NCBI GenBank assembly: GCA_946410665.1
Contig: CAMKBC010000001.1
Location: forward strand, 13,028 to 77,027
DNA from: an uncultured Clostridia bacterium
Lineage (GTDB): Bacteria; Bacillota; Clostridia; TANB77; CAG-508
Length of the DNA stretch: 64,000 bases
Direction of reading: 5' to 3'
The notes under the pieces are model-generated. The model did not search any database and was not told where the DNA came from. It saw only the letters and a program-made list of their open reading frames with translations. Shown one piece after another: positions 28,113 to 38,143 of the stretch (position 1 is the first letter of the stretch; every line of letters starts with the position of its first letter). The position numbers and the translations under genes were made by a program.

Positions 28113-28523
28113 TTAGTATTCATAGATTCTAATACGAACCTTTTCTTCTTCGCCATATCTTTTTTCAATAGATATTTTGCTTACTTGATTATCATCATGA
28201 ATAATAAATTTATTCATAGCATCTAATATTGATTTTGCTATATTATCAATATCTGGTTTCTTTGTAGGACTAACTTTGTTATCTAACATATCTAGAATAT
28301 TTTTCTTTGGAGTAGATTTTGGAATGCTTAAATAGGCAACAATATCAATTCCTACTCTTCCTGTTAATTCAGTAAAACTAGGATACTTAATTTTAAAATA
28401 TTGTTGTACAAGAGTTTCGTAGTCTTTTGTTTTAGTTGGTGTATACACCATTCCAGAATACATATTAACTCTTGGACGTTCTTTTCCTACTATCTTTCCA
28501 ATTACTTCAAATTCATATTCCAT
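28113..28523 (-). CDS. rusA: RusA-family Holliday junction resolvase
   Basis: GKERPRV...PDIDNIAKSILDAMN is characteristic of RusA. 136 aa. Confidence 0.8.
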   Translation of the reverse strand: MEYEFEVIGKIVGKERPRVNMYSGMVYTPTKTKDYETLVQQYFKIKYPSFTELTGRVGIDIVAYLSIPKSTPKKNILDMLDNKVSPTKKPDIDNIAKSILDAMNKFIIHDDNQVSKISIEKRYGEEEKVRIRIYEY

Positions 28524-28534
28524 ATTAATAGTCC

Positions 28535-30301
28535 TTAGTCCTCAAAAGAAATATTGTATTTTTCTTCTTTTTTATAATGTGTATGTAAGTATTTATGAGA
28601 AAGTTCTCCACCTGGTTTTCCTAGGTATTCATCATAAATAGCTTTAACATTTGGATTTAAGTGAGATTTTCTAATTGTACTCTTTTCATCAAGTTCATAT
28701 AATGAGTTGGCTCTTAGAGCTCTAACATCAACTGTTGCTCTTGTTTTGCTATCTTTGATTGGTTGTCCACCACCCATTACACATCCACCAGGGCAAGCCA
28801 TGATTTCAATGAAGTGATATGGTGATTTACCATCTCTAATATCATTAAGAAGTTTTCTTGCATTTCCTAAACCTGAAGCAACACAAATCTTATATTCTTT
28901 TCCACCAAGTGTTACGCTTGTTTCTTTTATTCCTTTTTCTCCTCTAACATCATGGTATTCGAATTGATCTAAATCTTTTCCTTCAACCCAATCTGCAGCT
29001 GTTCTTAAAGCTGCTTCCATAACACCACCTGTTGTTCCGAAGATTGCGCCGGCTCCACTTGCTTCTCCCATAGGGTCATCAAATAGTGAATCTTCAAGAT
29101 TTGCAAAATCTAAATCTCTTTGTTTGATCATTCTTGCAAGTTCTCTTGTTGTGATAACTGCATCAACATCTCTTAATCCGTCAACTTCCATTTCTTCTCT
29201 TTGAGCCTCGAACTTCTTAGCAATACAAGGCATTACAGAAACAGTAAATATCTTTGATGGATCAATCTTAAAGAATTTAGCATAGAATGATTTTACAAGT
29301 GCACCAAACATTGTGTGTGGTGACTTGCAACTTGATAAATGTCCTAATTGATCTGGGAAGTTCTTCTCTGCAAATCTTACCCATCCTGGAGAACATGATG
29401 TAATCATTGGAAGTAGGCCACCATTTGTAGCTCTATCAATGAATTCAGTTGCTTCTTCAAGAATTGTTATATCAGCTCCTGTATTTGTATCAAATACTTT
29501 ATCAAATCCTAATCTCTTTAATGCTGTTACCATTTTTCCTTTAGCGTTTGTTCCAATTGGCATTCCAAATTCTTCACCAATTGCAACTCTTACTGCTGGT
29601 GCTGTTTGAACAACAACATATTTATCTGGATCACTTAGTGCTTTCCAAACTCTTTCTGTATCATCTTTTTCACGAAGTGCACCTGTTGGACAAGCTTCAA
29701 TACATTGTCCACAGAATGTACAATCAACATCATCAATACTTAAATCTTCAGCAGTTCCGATGTATGAATCAAAACCACGTCCAGTATTATTTATAGCTCC
29801 GATGTTTTGAATCTTTGTACAAGTTGCAACGCATCTTCCACAAAGAATACATTTACCAAAATCTCTGACGATTGATGGTGATTTATCATCAAGTCCTGTT
29901 TTTGAACGAGATCCTTGATATTTAATTTTATCTATATGATATCTATTAGCTAAGTTTTGTAATTCACAATGTCCTGATCTAACACAAGTTAAGCAGTCAT
30001 GATCATGGTTAGAAAGTAATAGATTTAAAACTGTTCTTCTAGCAGAAACAACTTTATCAGTATTTGTATGAACTATCATTCCTTCTTCTGCTTTAGTTAC
30101 GCATGAAGTTGTAAGACCTCTTCTTCCATCTACTTCAACTACGCACATTCTACAAGCACCAATTTCATTTACACCTTTTAAGAAACAAAGTGTTGGAATA
30201 TCAATATTGGCTGATCTTGCAGCTTCTAGAATTGTCATTCCTTCTTTAACTTGAATGTTAACTCCGTCAATTGTTAAATTAATCATTTTTTCTTCTTCCA
30301 T
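28535..30301 (-). CDS. hydA: [FeFe] hydrogenase catalytic subunit HydA (M3-type, trimeric HydABC context)
   Basis: N-terminal 2Fe-2S and 4Fe-4S Cys motifs. H-cluster motifs MPCIAKKFE and EIMACPGGCVMGGGQP. The L1 motif reads TSCSPGW instead of TSCCPxW. Confidence 0.92.
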   Translation of the reverse strand: MEEEKMINLTIDGVNIQVKEGMTILEAARSANIDIPTLCFLKGVNEIGACRMCVVEVDGRRGLTTSCVTKAEEGMIVHTNTDKVVSARRTVLNLLLSNHDHDCLTCVRSGHCELQNLANRYHIDKIKYQGSRSKTGLDDKSPSIVRDFGKCILCGRCVATCTKIQNIGAINNTGRGFDSYIGTAEDLSIDDVDCTFCGQCIEACPTGALREKDDTERVWKALSDPDKYVVVQTAPAVRVAIGEEFGMPIGTNAKGKMVTALKRLGFDKVFDTNTGADITILEEATEFIDRATNGGLLPMITSCSPGWVRFAEKNFPDQLGHLSSCKSPHTMFGALVKSFYAKFFKIDPSKIFTVSVMPCIAKKFEAQREEMEVDGLRDVDAVITTRELARMIKQRDLDFANLEDSLFDDPMGEASGAGAIFGTTGGVMEAALRTAADWVEGKDLDQFEYHDVRGEKGIKETSVTLGGKEYKICVASGLGNARKLLNDIRDGKSPYHFIEIMACPGGCVMGGGQPIKDSKTRATVDVRALRANSLYELDEKSTIRKSHLNPNVKAIYDEYLGKPGGELSHKYLHTHYKKEEKYNISFED

Positions 30302-30336
30302 AGTTTTCCTCTCACAAAATTTTCATTTGAGTTTTA

Positions 30337-32196
30337 TTATTCATCGTAGATTGCTTTAAATGGACAAGTTGCCATACAAGTTCTACACTTAATACACTTT
30401 GATTGATCAATTTTATGTTTTTGTCCTGGTTCGCCAATAATTGCATTAACTGGACAAGCTTTCTTACATAAATCGCATCCTTTACAAGCTTCTTCATTAA
30501 TAAGAATTTGTGTAAGTTTCTTACATTCTTTAGCTCTACATTTTTTCTCTTTGATATGCTCTTCATATTCTTCTCTAAAATATTTTAATGTAGCTAAAAC
30601 TGGATTTGGAGCTGTTTGTCCTAATCCACATACTGAAGCAGCTGCAACATTGTTTGCAAGTTCTTCTAGATCTTCAATATCGCCTTCTTTTCCTAGACCA
30701 TTGCAAATCTTAGTTAATAACTCAAGTAATCTCTTTGTACCAATTCTACATGGAGTACATTTTCCACAGCTTTCATCAACTGTAAACTCTAAATAGAATC
30801 TAGCTAAGTTAACCATACACTTGCTATCATCCATAACAATTAATCCACCTGAACCCATCATAGATCCGATTTCTTTTAATGAATCATAATCTATTGGTGT
30901 ATCAAGATGTTGTTCTGGAATACATCCGCCTGAAGGTCCACCAGTTTGTGCAGCTTTAAATTTTCTGCCGTTTGGAATTCCTCCACCGATATCATAAATA
31001 ATTTCTCTTAATGTTGTTCCCATTGGTACTTCAACAAGTCCAACGTTGTTAACATTTCCACCTAAAGCAAAAACTTTAGTTCCTTTTGATCCTTCTGTTC
31101 CAATTGAAGCATACCATTCAGCTCCATTTAGAATAATCTTTGTAATGTTAGCCCATGTTTCAACATTATTTATTAATGTAGGTTTTCCCCATAATCCAGA
31201 ATGAGCTGGGAATGGTGGTTTTAATCTTGGTTGTCCTCTCTTACCTTCGATTGATTCTAATAATGCTGTTTCTTCTCCACAAACAAAAGCTCCAGCACCA
31301 AGTCTAATTTCAATATCAAAGTTGAAACCTTTTCCAAAAATGTTTTCACCTAATAATCCGCGTTCTTTTGCTTGCTTAATTGCAATCTCTAATCTATTAA
31401 CTGCAATTGGATATTCAGCTCTTACATATATAAATCCTTTGCAAGCTCCAACTGCATATCCTGCAATTGCCATAGCTTCAAGTACACCATGTGGATCACC
31501 TTCAAGAATTGATCTGTCCATGAATGCACCTGGATCACCTTCATCAGCGTTACAAACAATGTATTTTATATCGCCTTCTTCTGCTTTAACAAATTCCCAT
31601 TTTTTACCAGAAGGGAATCCTGCTCCACCTCTACCTCTTAGGCCAGAGTCTGAAACAACTTTTATAACATCATCTTGAGACATTTCTGTTAAAACTTTTG
31701 CTAGAGCTTTATATCCATCAAAAGCAATATATTCATCAATGTCTTCAGGATTAATTACACCACAGTTTTGTAATGCAATTCTTTTTTGTTTTTTATAGAA
31801 ATTTAATTCATCTAATCTATGTACTAAAGTTCCGTCTACATCTTGGCAAAGTAATCTATCAACTGTTTCTCCATTGCAAATATGTTTTTCAATAATCTCT
31901 TCGCAATCAGCTGGTGTTACTTGTGAATAAAATGTATCGTCAGGTCTGATAATTACGATTGGTCCTTTTGAACAAAGTCCGAAACAACCAGTCATAATAA
32001 CTCTTACGTTTTCAATATTTCTTTCTTTAATTATTCTATTAAATTCTTCAAGGATTTGAGGTGATTTAGATGATGTACATCCAGTACCATGACATACTAA
32101 GATATGTCTTTCAACTCCTGGAGCATTTGAATTAACTCTTAAATCAAGTTCTTGTCTCTTGCTATTTCTAATAGATTCTAATTCTTCTATTGTCAT
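30337..32196 (-). CDS. hydB: HydB, NuoF-like NAD(P)H/FMN-binding flavoprotein subunit
   Basis: GLRGRGGAGFPSGKKWEF, an N-terminal thioredoxin-like 2Fe-2S domain, and a C-terminal 2x[4Fe-4S] domain (CKGCDLCKKACP, CIKCRTCMATCP). Confidence 0.92.
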   Translation of the reverse strand: MTIEELESIRNSKRQELDLRVNSNAPGVERHILVCHGTGCTSSKSPQILEEFNRIIKERNIENVRVIMTGCFGLCSKGPIVIIRPDDTFYSQVTPADCEEIIEKHICNGETVDRLLCQDVDGTLVHRLDELNFYKKQKRIALQNCGVINPEDIDEYIAFDGYKALAKVLTEMSQDDVIKVVSDSGLRGRGGAGFPSGKKWEFVKAEEGDIKYIVCNADEGDPGAFMDRSILEGDPHGVLEAMAIAGYAVGACKGFIYVRAEYPIAVNRLEIAIKQAKERGLLGENIFGKGFNFDIEIRLGAGAFVCGEETALLESIEGKRGQPRLKPPFPAHSGLWGKPTLINNVETWANITKIILNGAEWYASIGTEGSKGTKVFALGGNVNNVGLVEVPMGTTLREIIYDIGGGIPNGRKFKAAQTGGPSGGCIPEQHLDTPIDYDSLKEIGSMMGSGGLIVMDDSKCMVNLARFYLEFTVDESCGKCTPCRIGTKRLLELLTKICNGLGKEGDIEDLEELANNVAAASVCGLGQTAPNPVLATLKYFREEYEEHIKEKKCRAKECKKLTQILINEEACKGCDLCKKACPVNAIIGEPGQKHKIDQSKCIKCRTCMATCPFKAIYDE

Positions 32197-32210
32197 TTGT
32201 TTTCCTCCAA

Positions 32211-32705
32211 TTAATCTTTCTTCATGTATTCATCTAAAACTTCATCAAATTGCTTTACTGTTGCTCTACCATAAACTTCACCATTTATAATAAATACAGG
32301 AGCTAATCCGCAAGCACCAACACATCTTACAGTGTCGATTGAGAATTTTCCATCAGGTGTCATTTCACCTTCTTCAACTCCAAGTCTTGCTTTTGCTCTA
32401 TCAAGAATTTGTTGTGATCCTTTAACAAAACATGCAGTTCCAAGACAAATAGAAATATTATATTTTCCTTTTGGTTTTGTTGTGAAACGTGAGTAGAATG
32501 TAATTACTCCGTACACTTCAGCAAGTGGTAAATTAAGATAATCAGCAATTGTAATTTGAGCCATCTTTGGAAGATAACCAAACTTTTCTTGAGCTTCATT
32601 TAATATTGCCATTAAATGTCCTCTGTCTGCTTCATATTTTTTACAAATTTCTAATGTTTCATCTTTGCATCTTTGATCTGCACAATTCAAATTTTCTTCA
32701 GCCAT
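32211..32705 (-). CDS. hydC: HydC, NuoE-like 2Fe-2S subunit
   Basis: CLGTACFVKG...CVGACGLAP thioredoxin-like ferredoxin pattern. Confidence 0.9.
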   Translation of the reverse strand: MAEENLNCADQRCKDETLEICKKYEADRGHLMAILNEAQEKFGYLPKMAQITIADYLNLPLAEVYGVITFYSRFTTKPKGKYNISICLGTACFVKGSQQILDRAKARLGVEEGEMTPDGKFSIDTVRCVGACGLAPVFIINGEVYGRATVKQFDEVLDEYMKKD

Positions 32706-32802
32706 AATTTTTCCTTTCGTACATAAAATTTAACACAATTTTACACTTAAAATTATAGCAAAACTGGGTGTACAATACCATTACAGATACATTACATTTA
32801 AG

Positions 32803-32848
32803 CAAAAAAGAAGCCCTGAAAGTTAGGTGTTTCTAACTTTTCAGAGCT
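32803..32848 (-). terminator. Intrinsic terminator after ppaC
   Basis: Long imperfect stem CTGAAAGTTAG/CTAACTTTTCAG, followed by a T-run on the minus strand. Confidence 0.65.
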
Positions 32849-32879
32849 TTAATTTTAAAATTGCTTATAGTTCAATCTA

Positions 32880-33809
32880 TTATAAATTTGCTAAGATTGG
32901 AGGTGCGATTTGTTTCTTTCTTGAAACAACCCCTTCTAATAGCATAGAATCGTCTTCATCAAGTTTTTTATCAAATGCTTTTTCAACTACTTCTTTGTCA
33001 TTTCCTAAAACCATAACTTTAGAATTTGTGTTGATAATGTCTGTGATAACAAACATATATAAATCTAATCCTTTATCTGAAATTTCTTTTTCTATTGCAA
33101 ATGAAATTTCATCTTTTCTAGAGAAAACATCATCGATGTCTGCTGTGTTAACTTGTGCAACAACGATTTTCTTTCCTTTTTCTTCGAATAGTTTAGCGTC
33201 TAAATTAATTACTTCTTGAGCTGATAATGTGCTAATATCTGTTCCTGCTTTAAGCATATCTAATCCGTATGTAGCTGCATCAATTCCAGCGATTTCTTCT
33301 AATGCTTTGAATGCATCAATATCTTTTTGTGTACATGTTGGTGATTTTAATAATAATGTATCAGAAATGATAGCACTTAACATTAATGTAGCCATTTCTT
33401 TACTTATTTCAACTTTGTTTTGGTTGTATAATTCAAAAAGAATTGTAGCTGTACAACCATAAGGTTTTGCAATGTAGTATAATGGTGTGATTGTTTCGAA
33501 ATCTTTAATTCTGTGGTGATCAATAACACCTACTACAGTAGCTTTTTCTCTTCCTTCTACGCTTTGTCCTGCTTCATTATGATCAACTAACCATAATAAA
33601 TCGTCTTCTCCTACTGAAGAAATCTCTCTTTGAGCTTCCATGTTTAAGTAATTTAAAACATATTCTGTTTCTTTGTTAACTTTACCTAATCTAACTGGTT
33701 CAGCTTCGTATCCTAAGTCTAATTTGTTAATTAAATCAGCTGCTACGATACTTGAACAAATTGTATCTGTATCAGGATTTAAATGTCCGAAAACTAATAA
33801 TTTACTCAT
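32880..33809 (-). CDS. ppaC: Family II (DHH, Mn-dependent) inorganic pyrophosphatase
   Basis: LVFGHLNPDTDTICS, VIDHHRI and SAIISDTLLLKSPT. Start set at MSKLLVFG (ATG 33809). Confidence 0.9.
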   Translation of the reverse strand: MSKLLVFGHLNPDTDTICSSIVAADLINKLDLGYEAEPVRLGKVNKETEYVLNYLNMEAQREISSVGEDDLLWLVDHNEAGQSVEGREKATVVGVIDHHRIKDFETITPLYYIAKPYGCTATILFELYNQNKVEISKEMATLMLSAIISDTLLLKSPTCTQKDIDAFKALEEIAGIDAATYGLDMLKAGTDISTLSAQEVINLDAKLFEEKGKKIVVAQVNTADIDDVFSRKDEISFAIEKEISDKGLDLYMFVITDIINTNSKVMVLGNDKEVVEKAFDKKLDEDDSMLLEGVVSRKKQIAPPILANL

Positions 33810-33841
33810 TTTATTTTCTCCCTTTTCCAATTTTTTCCAAA

Positions 33842-35278
33842 TTAAATCTTTATAACTCCACCAACTGTGTAGCTGTCTTTTTCCATAGGAAGAATCTTAC
33901 TTCCACTGCAAATTGTGATAACATCACCTGTTTCGAAGATTCCTTCTTTTTCTAACATTTTAATACCTGTTTCAATTGTTTCATTGATTGATGATTGTGG
34001 TTCGATGAATACAGGATATACGTTTTGTACTAATCCTAATTTATAGAATGTTTTCTTATCGTCTGTAACAGCAACGATTGGGCATCCTGGACGTAATGAT
34101 GAAATGTAGTTTAATGATACACCTGTATGTGTGTATGATAAAATTCCATCTGCTGCAACTTCTTTAGCAATTATACATGAAGCATAAGCTGAAATTGCTT
34201 TGAAGTTACTCTTTGAATGTCTGTAATCTTTTGCTGAGAATCTTGACCAATAATGTAATGAACTTTCGCAAGATACTGCGATTTTATCCATATCCTTAAC
34301 ACATTCTACTGGATATTTACCTTGAGCAACTTCTCCAGAAAGCATGATACAACTTGTTAAGTCGTAAACAGCGTTAGCAACGTCTGAAACTTCTGCTCTT
34401 GTTGGTCTTGGGTTTTCTTGCATTGACTCTAACATTTGAGTAGCAATGATAACTGGTTTTCCAGCATCATTACATTTTCTAATCATTTTCTTTTGAACAA
34501 CTGGTACTTGTTCTAGTGGAATTTCAACACCTAAGTCTCCACGTGCAACCATGATACCATTTGAAAGTTTAAGAATTTCATCAAAGTTTGAAATACCTTC
34601 CATACTTTCAATTTTAGAAATGATTTCAACGTTTTCTCCACCATTATCATCTAATAATTTTCTAATTTGTAAAACATCGTCTGGTCTTCTTACAAATGAA
34701 GCAAATATGTAATCAAATCCAGCTTTAATTCCGTCTGTGATGTCCTTTGTATCTTTTTCAGATAGTGCAGGTAAATCAATTTCAACTCCAGGAACATTAA
34801 CTGTTTTTCTTTGTCCTAATTCTCCACCGTTGATAACTTTTGTAACAATGTTTGTTCCTTCAACAGCTGTAACCTCGAATTCGATTTTTCCATCGTCAAC
34901 TAAAATTGTGTTTCCTGGTTGAACGTTTTTATAAAGATCACCAAAGCTAATAGTAGTTTTAGTGTTGTCTCCTTCGATTTCCTCTTTTACGAATGTGAAT
35001 GTATCACCCTCGTGTAATTGTTGTTTTTCTCCGCCGATGAATTTTCCTGTTCTGATTTCTGGACCTTTTGTATCAAGTGCTAACGCAATTGGTAATCCTA
35101 ATTCTTCTCTTAATCTTTTGATTAAATTGATTTTTTGTTCGTTTTCTTCATATCCACCATGTGAGAAGTTAATTCTTGCACAGTTTAATCCAGCTTTCAT
35201 AAGTTCTCTAAGTGTTTCTTCATTATCACTTGCTGGTCCGATTGTTCCAATAATTTTTGTCTTTCTAAAGTTTTTCAT
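33842..35278 (-). CDS. pyk: Pyruvate kinase
   Basis: KIIGTIGPAS, NFSHG, MVARGDLGVEIP and IIATQMLESM. Confidence 0.95.
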   Translation of the reverse strand: MKNFRKTKIIGTIGPASDNEETLRELMKAGLNCARINFSHGGYEENEQKINLIKRLREELGLPIALALDTKGPEIRTGKFIGGEKQQLHEGDTFTFVKEEIEGDNTKTTISFGDLYKNVQPGNTILVDDGKIEFEVTAVEGTNIVTKVINGGELGQRKTVNVPGVEIDLPALSEKDTKDITDGIKAGFDYIFASFVRRPDDVLQIRKLLDDNGGENVEIISKIESMEGISNFDEILKLSNGIMVARGDLGVEIPLEQVPVVQKKMIRKCNDAGKPVIIATQMLESMQENPRPTRAEVSDVANAVYDLTSCIMLSGEVAQGKYPVECVKDMDKIAVSCESSLHYWSRFSAKDYRHSKSNFKAISAYASCIIAKEVAADGILSYTHTGVSLNYISSLRPGCPIVAVTDDKKTFYKLGLVQNVYPVFIEPQSSINETIETGIKMLEKEGIFETGDVITICSGSKILPMEKDSYTVGGVIKI

Positions 35279-35357
35279 AAAGTAATTTAAGTCTCCTTTT
35301 TTTGTTTAAATATTTTAGTCTTAATTTTAATTTATTTTTCATTTGTTAATTAATGAA

Positions 35358-37934
35358 CTACTCTGCTTCTTCAGTAATCCATTTAATTTCATTTAATGTC
35401 ATAGGATCTAGAATCATGTCATTATGAGGTACAACTCTAAATGTGTATCCATAATCACCACCAGTTTTTAAATCGATCTTAGCAGTGTACTTGTAAACAT
35501 TTTCTTCTTGTCCTACTAAATTCATATTAACTATCTTAATGTCATCTACAATTCCTTTTTCAGAAATTTTTCCATAGAATACTTGTGGTGTAACACTATT
35601 AACATCAATAGTTACTGGAATCTTAATCTCACATCCAACTTCCATTTGATTGCCTGCATCAACAGTCATGTTATTGAAGTTTTGCTCACTTTGTTTAATT
35701 TCAATTTCACCAAAGTGCTCGTGAAGATTGAATCTCCATTCATTGTAGTTAACAATGTTTTCAAGAACTGAATATGTTGGTTTTAAATCCATTAAAGGAA
35801 CATATAATTGGTTTGTATAGTCTTGAAGCATTCTTGCTGTAGAATAAACTCCAGAGTTTGAAGCTATAGAATTCTTCATAACTTGCATCCATTCTGGTGA
35901 ATATCCCTCTTCATTCTTTCTGTAGTACATTGGCATAATCTTGTTCTCCAATGTGTCATACATACTCTTTGAATCAGCATTATCTTGTACTTCATATGAA
36001 GTGAATTCTTCATCTGAACCAATTGTCCAACCATTCTTTTGATTGTATCCTTCAGCCCACCATCCATCTAGAACACTAAAGTTAATTGCTCCATTAACAG
36101 CTGCTTTTTGTCCAGATGTTCCTGAAGCTTCTAATGGTCTACGTGGATTGTTTAACCAAACATCAACACCAGATACTAAGTATCTACTTGTTCCAATGTT
36201 ATAGTTTTCTAATAAGAATAATTTTCCTCTGAATTGTGGCTTTAATGATAGTTCATGAATATACTTAATTAATCCTGCGCCCTCTTTATCATAAGGATGA
36301 GCCTTACCTGCAAAAACAAGTTGTATTGGCATTCCTGCATCATTAAAGATTTTTGTTATTCTTTCAAGATCTCTAAAGATTAATGTAGCTCTCTTGTATG
36401 TTGCAAATCTTCTTGCAAATCCAATTGTTAAAACATTTGGATCAAGTGTTCCTACTATTGAATCGATATCTTCATATGAATAATCATATCTTCTTAATCT
36501 TTCGGTTGTTGACTTCTTAATCATGTCAAGAAGCTTTTGTTTACATTCTTGATGTTTTGCCCATAGTTCATTATCAGGAATATTATATATTCCCTTCCAT
36601 GTTTCATCATCTGGAATGTTGTCCTGCCAATAAGGACGTAGGTATTGATTATACAACTTTTTCATCGTTGGTGCAAGCCATGTGCATGTATGAACCCCAT
36701 TTGTAACATATCCAATAGGTGATTCTTGAGGTGGTACATCTGGCCAAATATCTGTGAAAAGCTCTCTAGATACGGCTCCGTGAAGCTTACTAACACCATT
36801 TTTCTTACCTGCCATCTTTAAAGCAAGTATTCCCATATTGAAGCCATTAGCCATAGAATCGTTAACTTTCATGCCTAATCTTAGGAATCTTTCCTTTGGA
36901 ATACCAAATTTATCCCAATAGCCATCAAAGTACTTTTCAATTAATTCAACTGGGAAAATATCATTTCCTGCTGGAACTGGTGTATGGGTTGTAAATACTG
37001 TTTTTGAATAAACCATTGTTCTAGCCATAGCAAATGAAACTTCTTTTTCTTGCATTAAGTTAGAAATTAATTCAAATAATAAGAAAGATGAATGTCCTTC
37101 GTTCATATGATAAACACTAGGATCTAATCCAAGCTTCTTAACTAATCTAACTCCGGCAATACCTAAAACGATTTCTTGTTGAACTCTGTATTCTTGGTCT
37201 CCACCATATAACTTAGTTGTGATATCTCTATATGGAGAATCAGCATTTTCGTCAATGTCAGAATCCATCAAATATAACTTAATTCTACCAACATCAATTC
37301 TATATACCTTTAAGAAAACTTCTCTTTCAGGTAGATTTACAGAAACCATTAATGGTTTTCCTTCTTCATCTTTAACTTCATGAATTGGTAAAAAGTCAAA
37401 ATCTAAATCTTTATAAACAGTTTGTTGTTCACCAAAGCCATTGATTTCTTGAGTGAAATATCCATGCTTATAAAGCAAGCCAATACCTGTTAGTGGTATA
37501 CCTAAATCACTTGCAGCTTTTAGATGGTCTCCAGATAAAATTCCTAAACCACCTGCATAAATTCCTACTGTTTGATCTAAGCCATACTCAGCAGAAAAAT
37601 ACGCAATTGAATCATCCTTGTGATCTGCGTGATTTTTTGAATACCATGTATTCTTGCTATTCATATAATTATTAAATTCTTCTACTACTGTATCGTAGGC
37701 GCTTAAAAATTCTACGTCTTCGATAACAGCTTCTAACTTTTCTTGAGAAACAAGTCTTAAAAATTTAACAGGATTCTTTTGACATTTTTCCCATAAATCA
37801 ACATCGATATTCTTAAACAATCTTAGAAAATCTGTATTCCAAGACCACCATAAGTTATATGCGATTTCTCCCAATTTATCTATTCTCTTTGGTAACTGTG
37901 GCCTTACAGTTATTTTGTTAAAAACATAAGGCAT
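35358..37934 (-). CDS. glgP: Alpha-glucan (glycogen/maltodextrin) phosphorylase, GT35 long form
   Basis: EASGTSGQKAAVNGA pyridoxal-phosphate Lys motif and YFSAEYGL N-terminal region. 858 aa. Confidence 0.88.
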   Translation of the reverse strand: MPYVFNKITVRPQLPKRIDKLGEIAYNLWWSWNTDFLRLFKNIDVDLWEKCQKNPVKFLRLVSQEKLEAVIEDVEFLSAYDTVVEEFNNYMNSKNTWYSKNHADHKDDSIAYFSAEYGLDQTVGIYAGGLGILSGDHLKAASDLGIPLTGIGLLYKHGYFTQEINGFGEQQTVYKDLDFDFLPIHEVKDEEGKPLMVSVNLPEREVFLKVYRIDVGRIKLYLMDSDIDENADSPYRDITTKLYGGDQEYRVQQEIVLGIAGVRLVKKLGLDPSVYHMNEGHSSFLLFELISNLMQEKEVSFAMARTMVYSKTVFTTHTPVPAGNDIFPVELIEKYFDGYWDKFGIPKERFLRLGMKVNDSMANGFNMGILALKMAGKKNGVSKLHGAVSRELFTDIWPDVPPQESPIGYVTNGVHTCTWLAPTMKKLYNQYLRPYWQDNIPDDETWKGIYNIPDNELWAKHQECKQKLLDMIKKSTTERLRRYDYSYEDIDSIVGTLDPNVLTIGFARRFATYKRATLIFRDLERITKIFNDAGMPIQLVFAGKAHPYDKEGAGLIKYIHELSLKPQFRGKLFLLENYNIGTSRYLVSGVDVWLNNPRRPLEASGTSGQKAAVNGAINFSVLDGWWAEGYNQKNGWTIGSDEEFTSYEVQDNADSKSMYDTLENKIMPMYYRKNEEGYSPEWMQVMKNSIASNSGVYSTARMLQDYTNQLYVPLMDLKPTYSVLENIVNYNEWRFNLHEHFGEIEIKQSEQNFNNMTVDAGNQMEVGCEIKIPVTIDVNSVTPQVFYGKISEKGIVDDIKIVNMNLVGQEENVYKYTAKIDLKTGGDYGYTFRVVPHNDMILDPMTLNEIKWITEEAE

Positions 37935-38143
37935 TTAAATTCCTCCTTGGTAACTAAAAAAATAATCATTTGTGTACTATTTTATTATCTTATAACAAGT
38001 TATTAAAGTCAATTAAAATCATATTAAATTTGTGTTATTTAGTAACAAAAAGTACATATTTATTAAATTGATTTTATATGTTTTTTTGTATATAATTTTT
38101 AGAGGTAAAAATAGATTACTTTTCTATTTTTAAGGAGGTTAAA

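Noticed and set aside
30312-30566. 84-aa minus-strand ORF overlapping the 3' end of hydB in another frame
   Set aside because: It is entirely inside the C-terminal ferredoxin domain of HydB, whose Cys motifs are in the other frame. There is no RBS.
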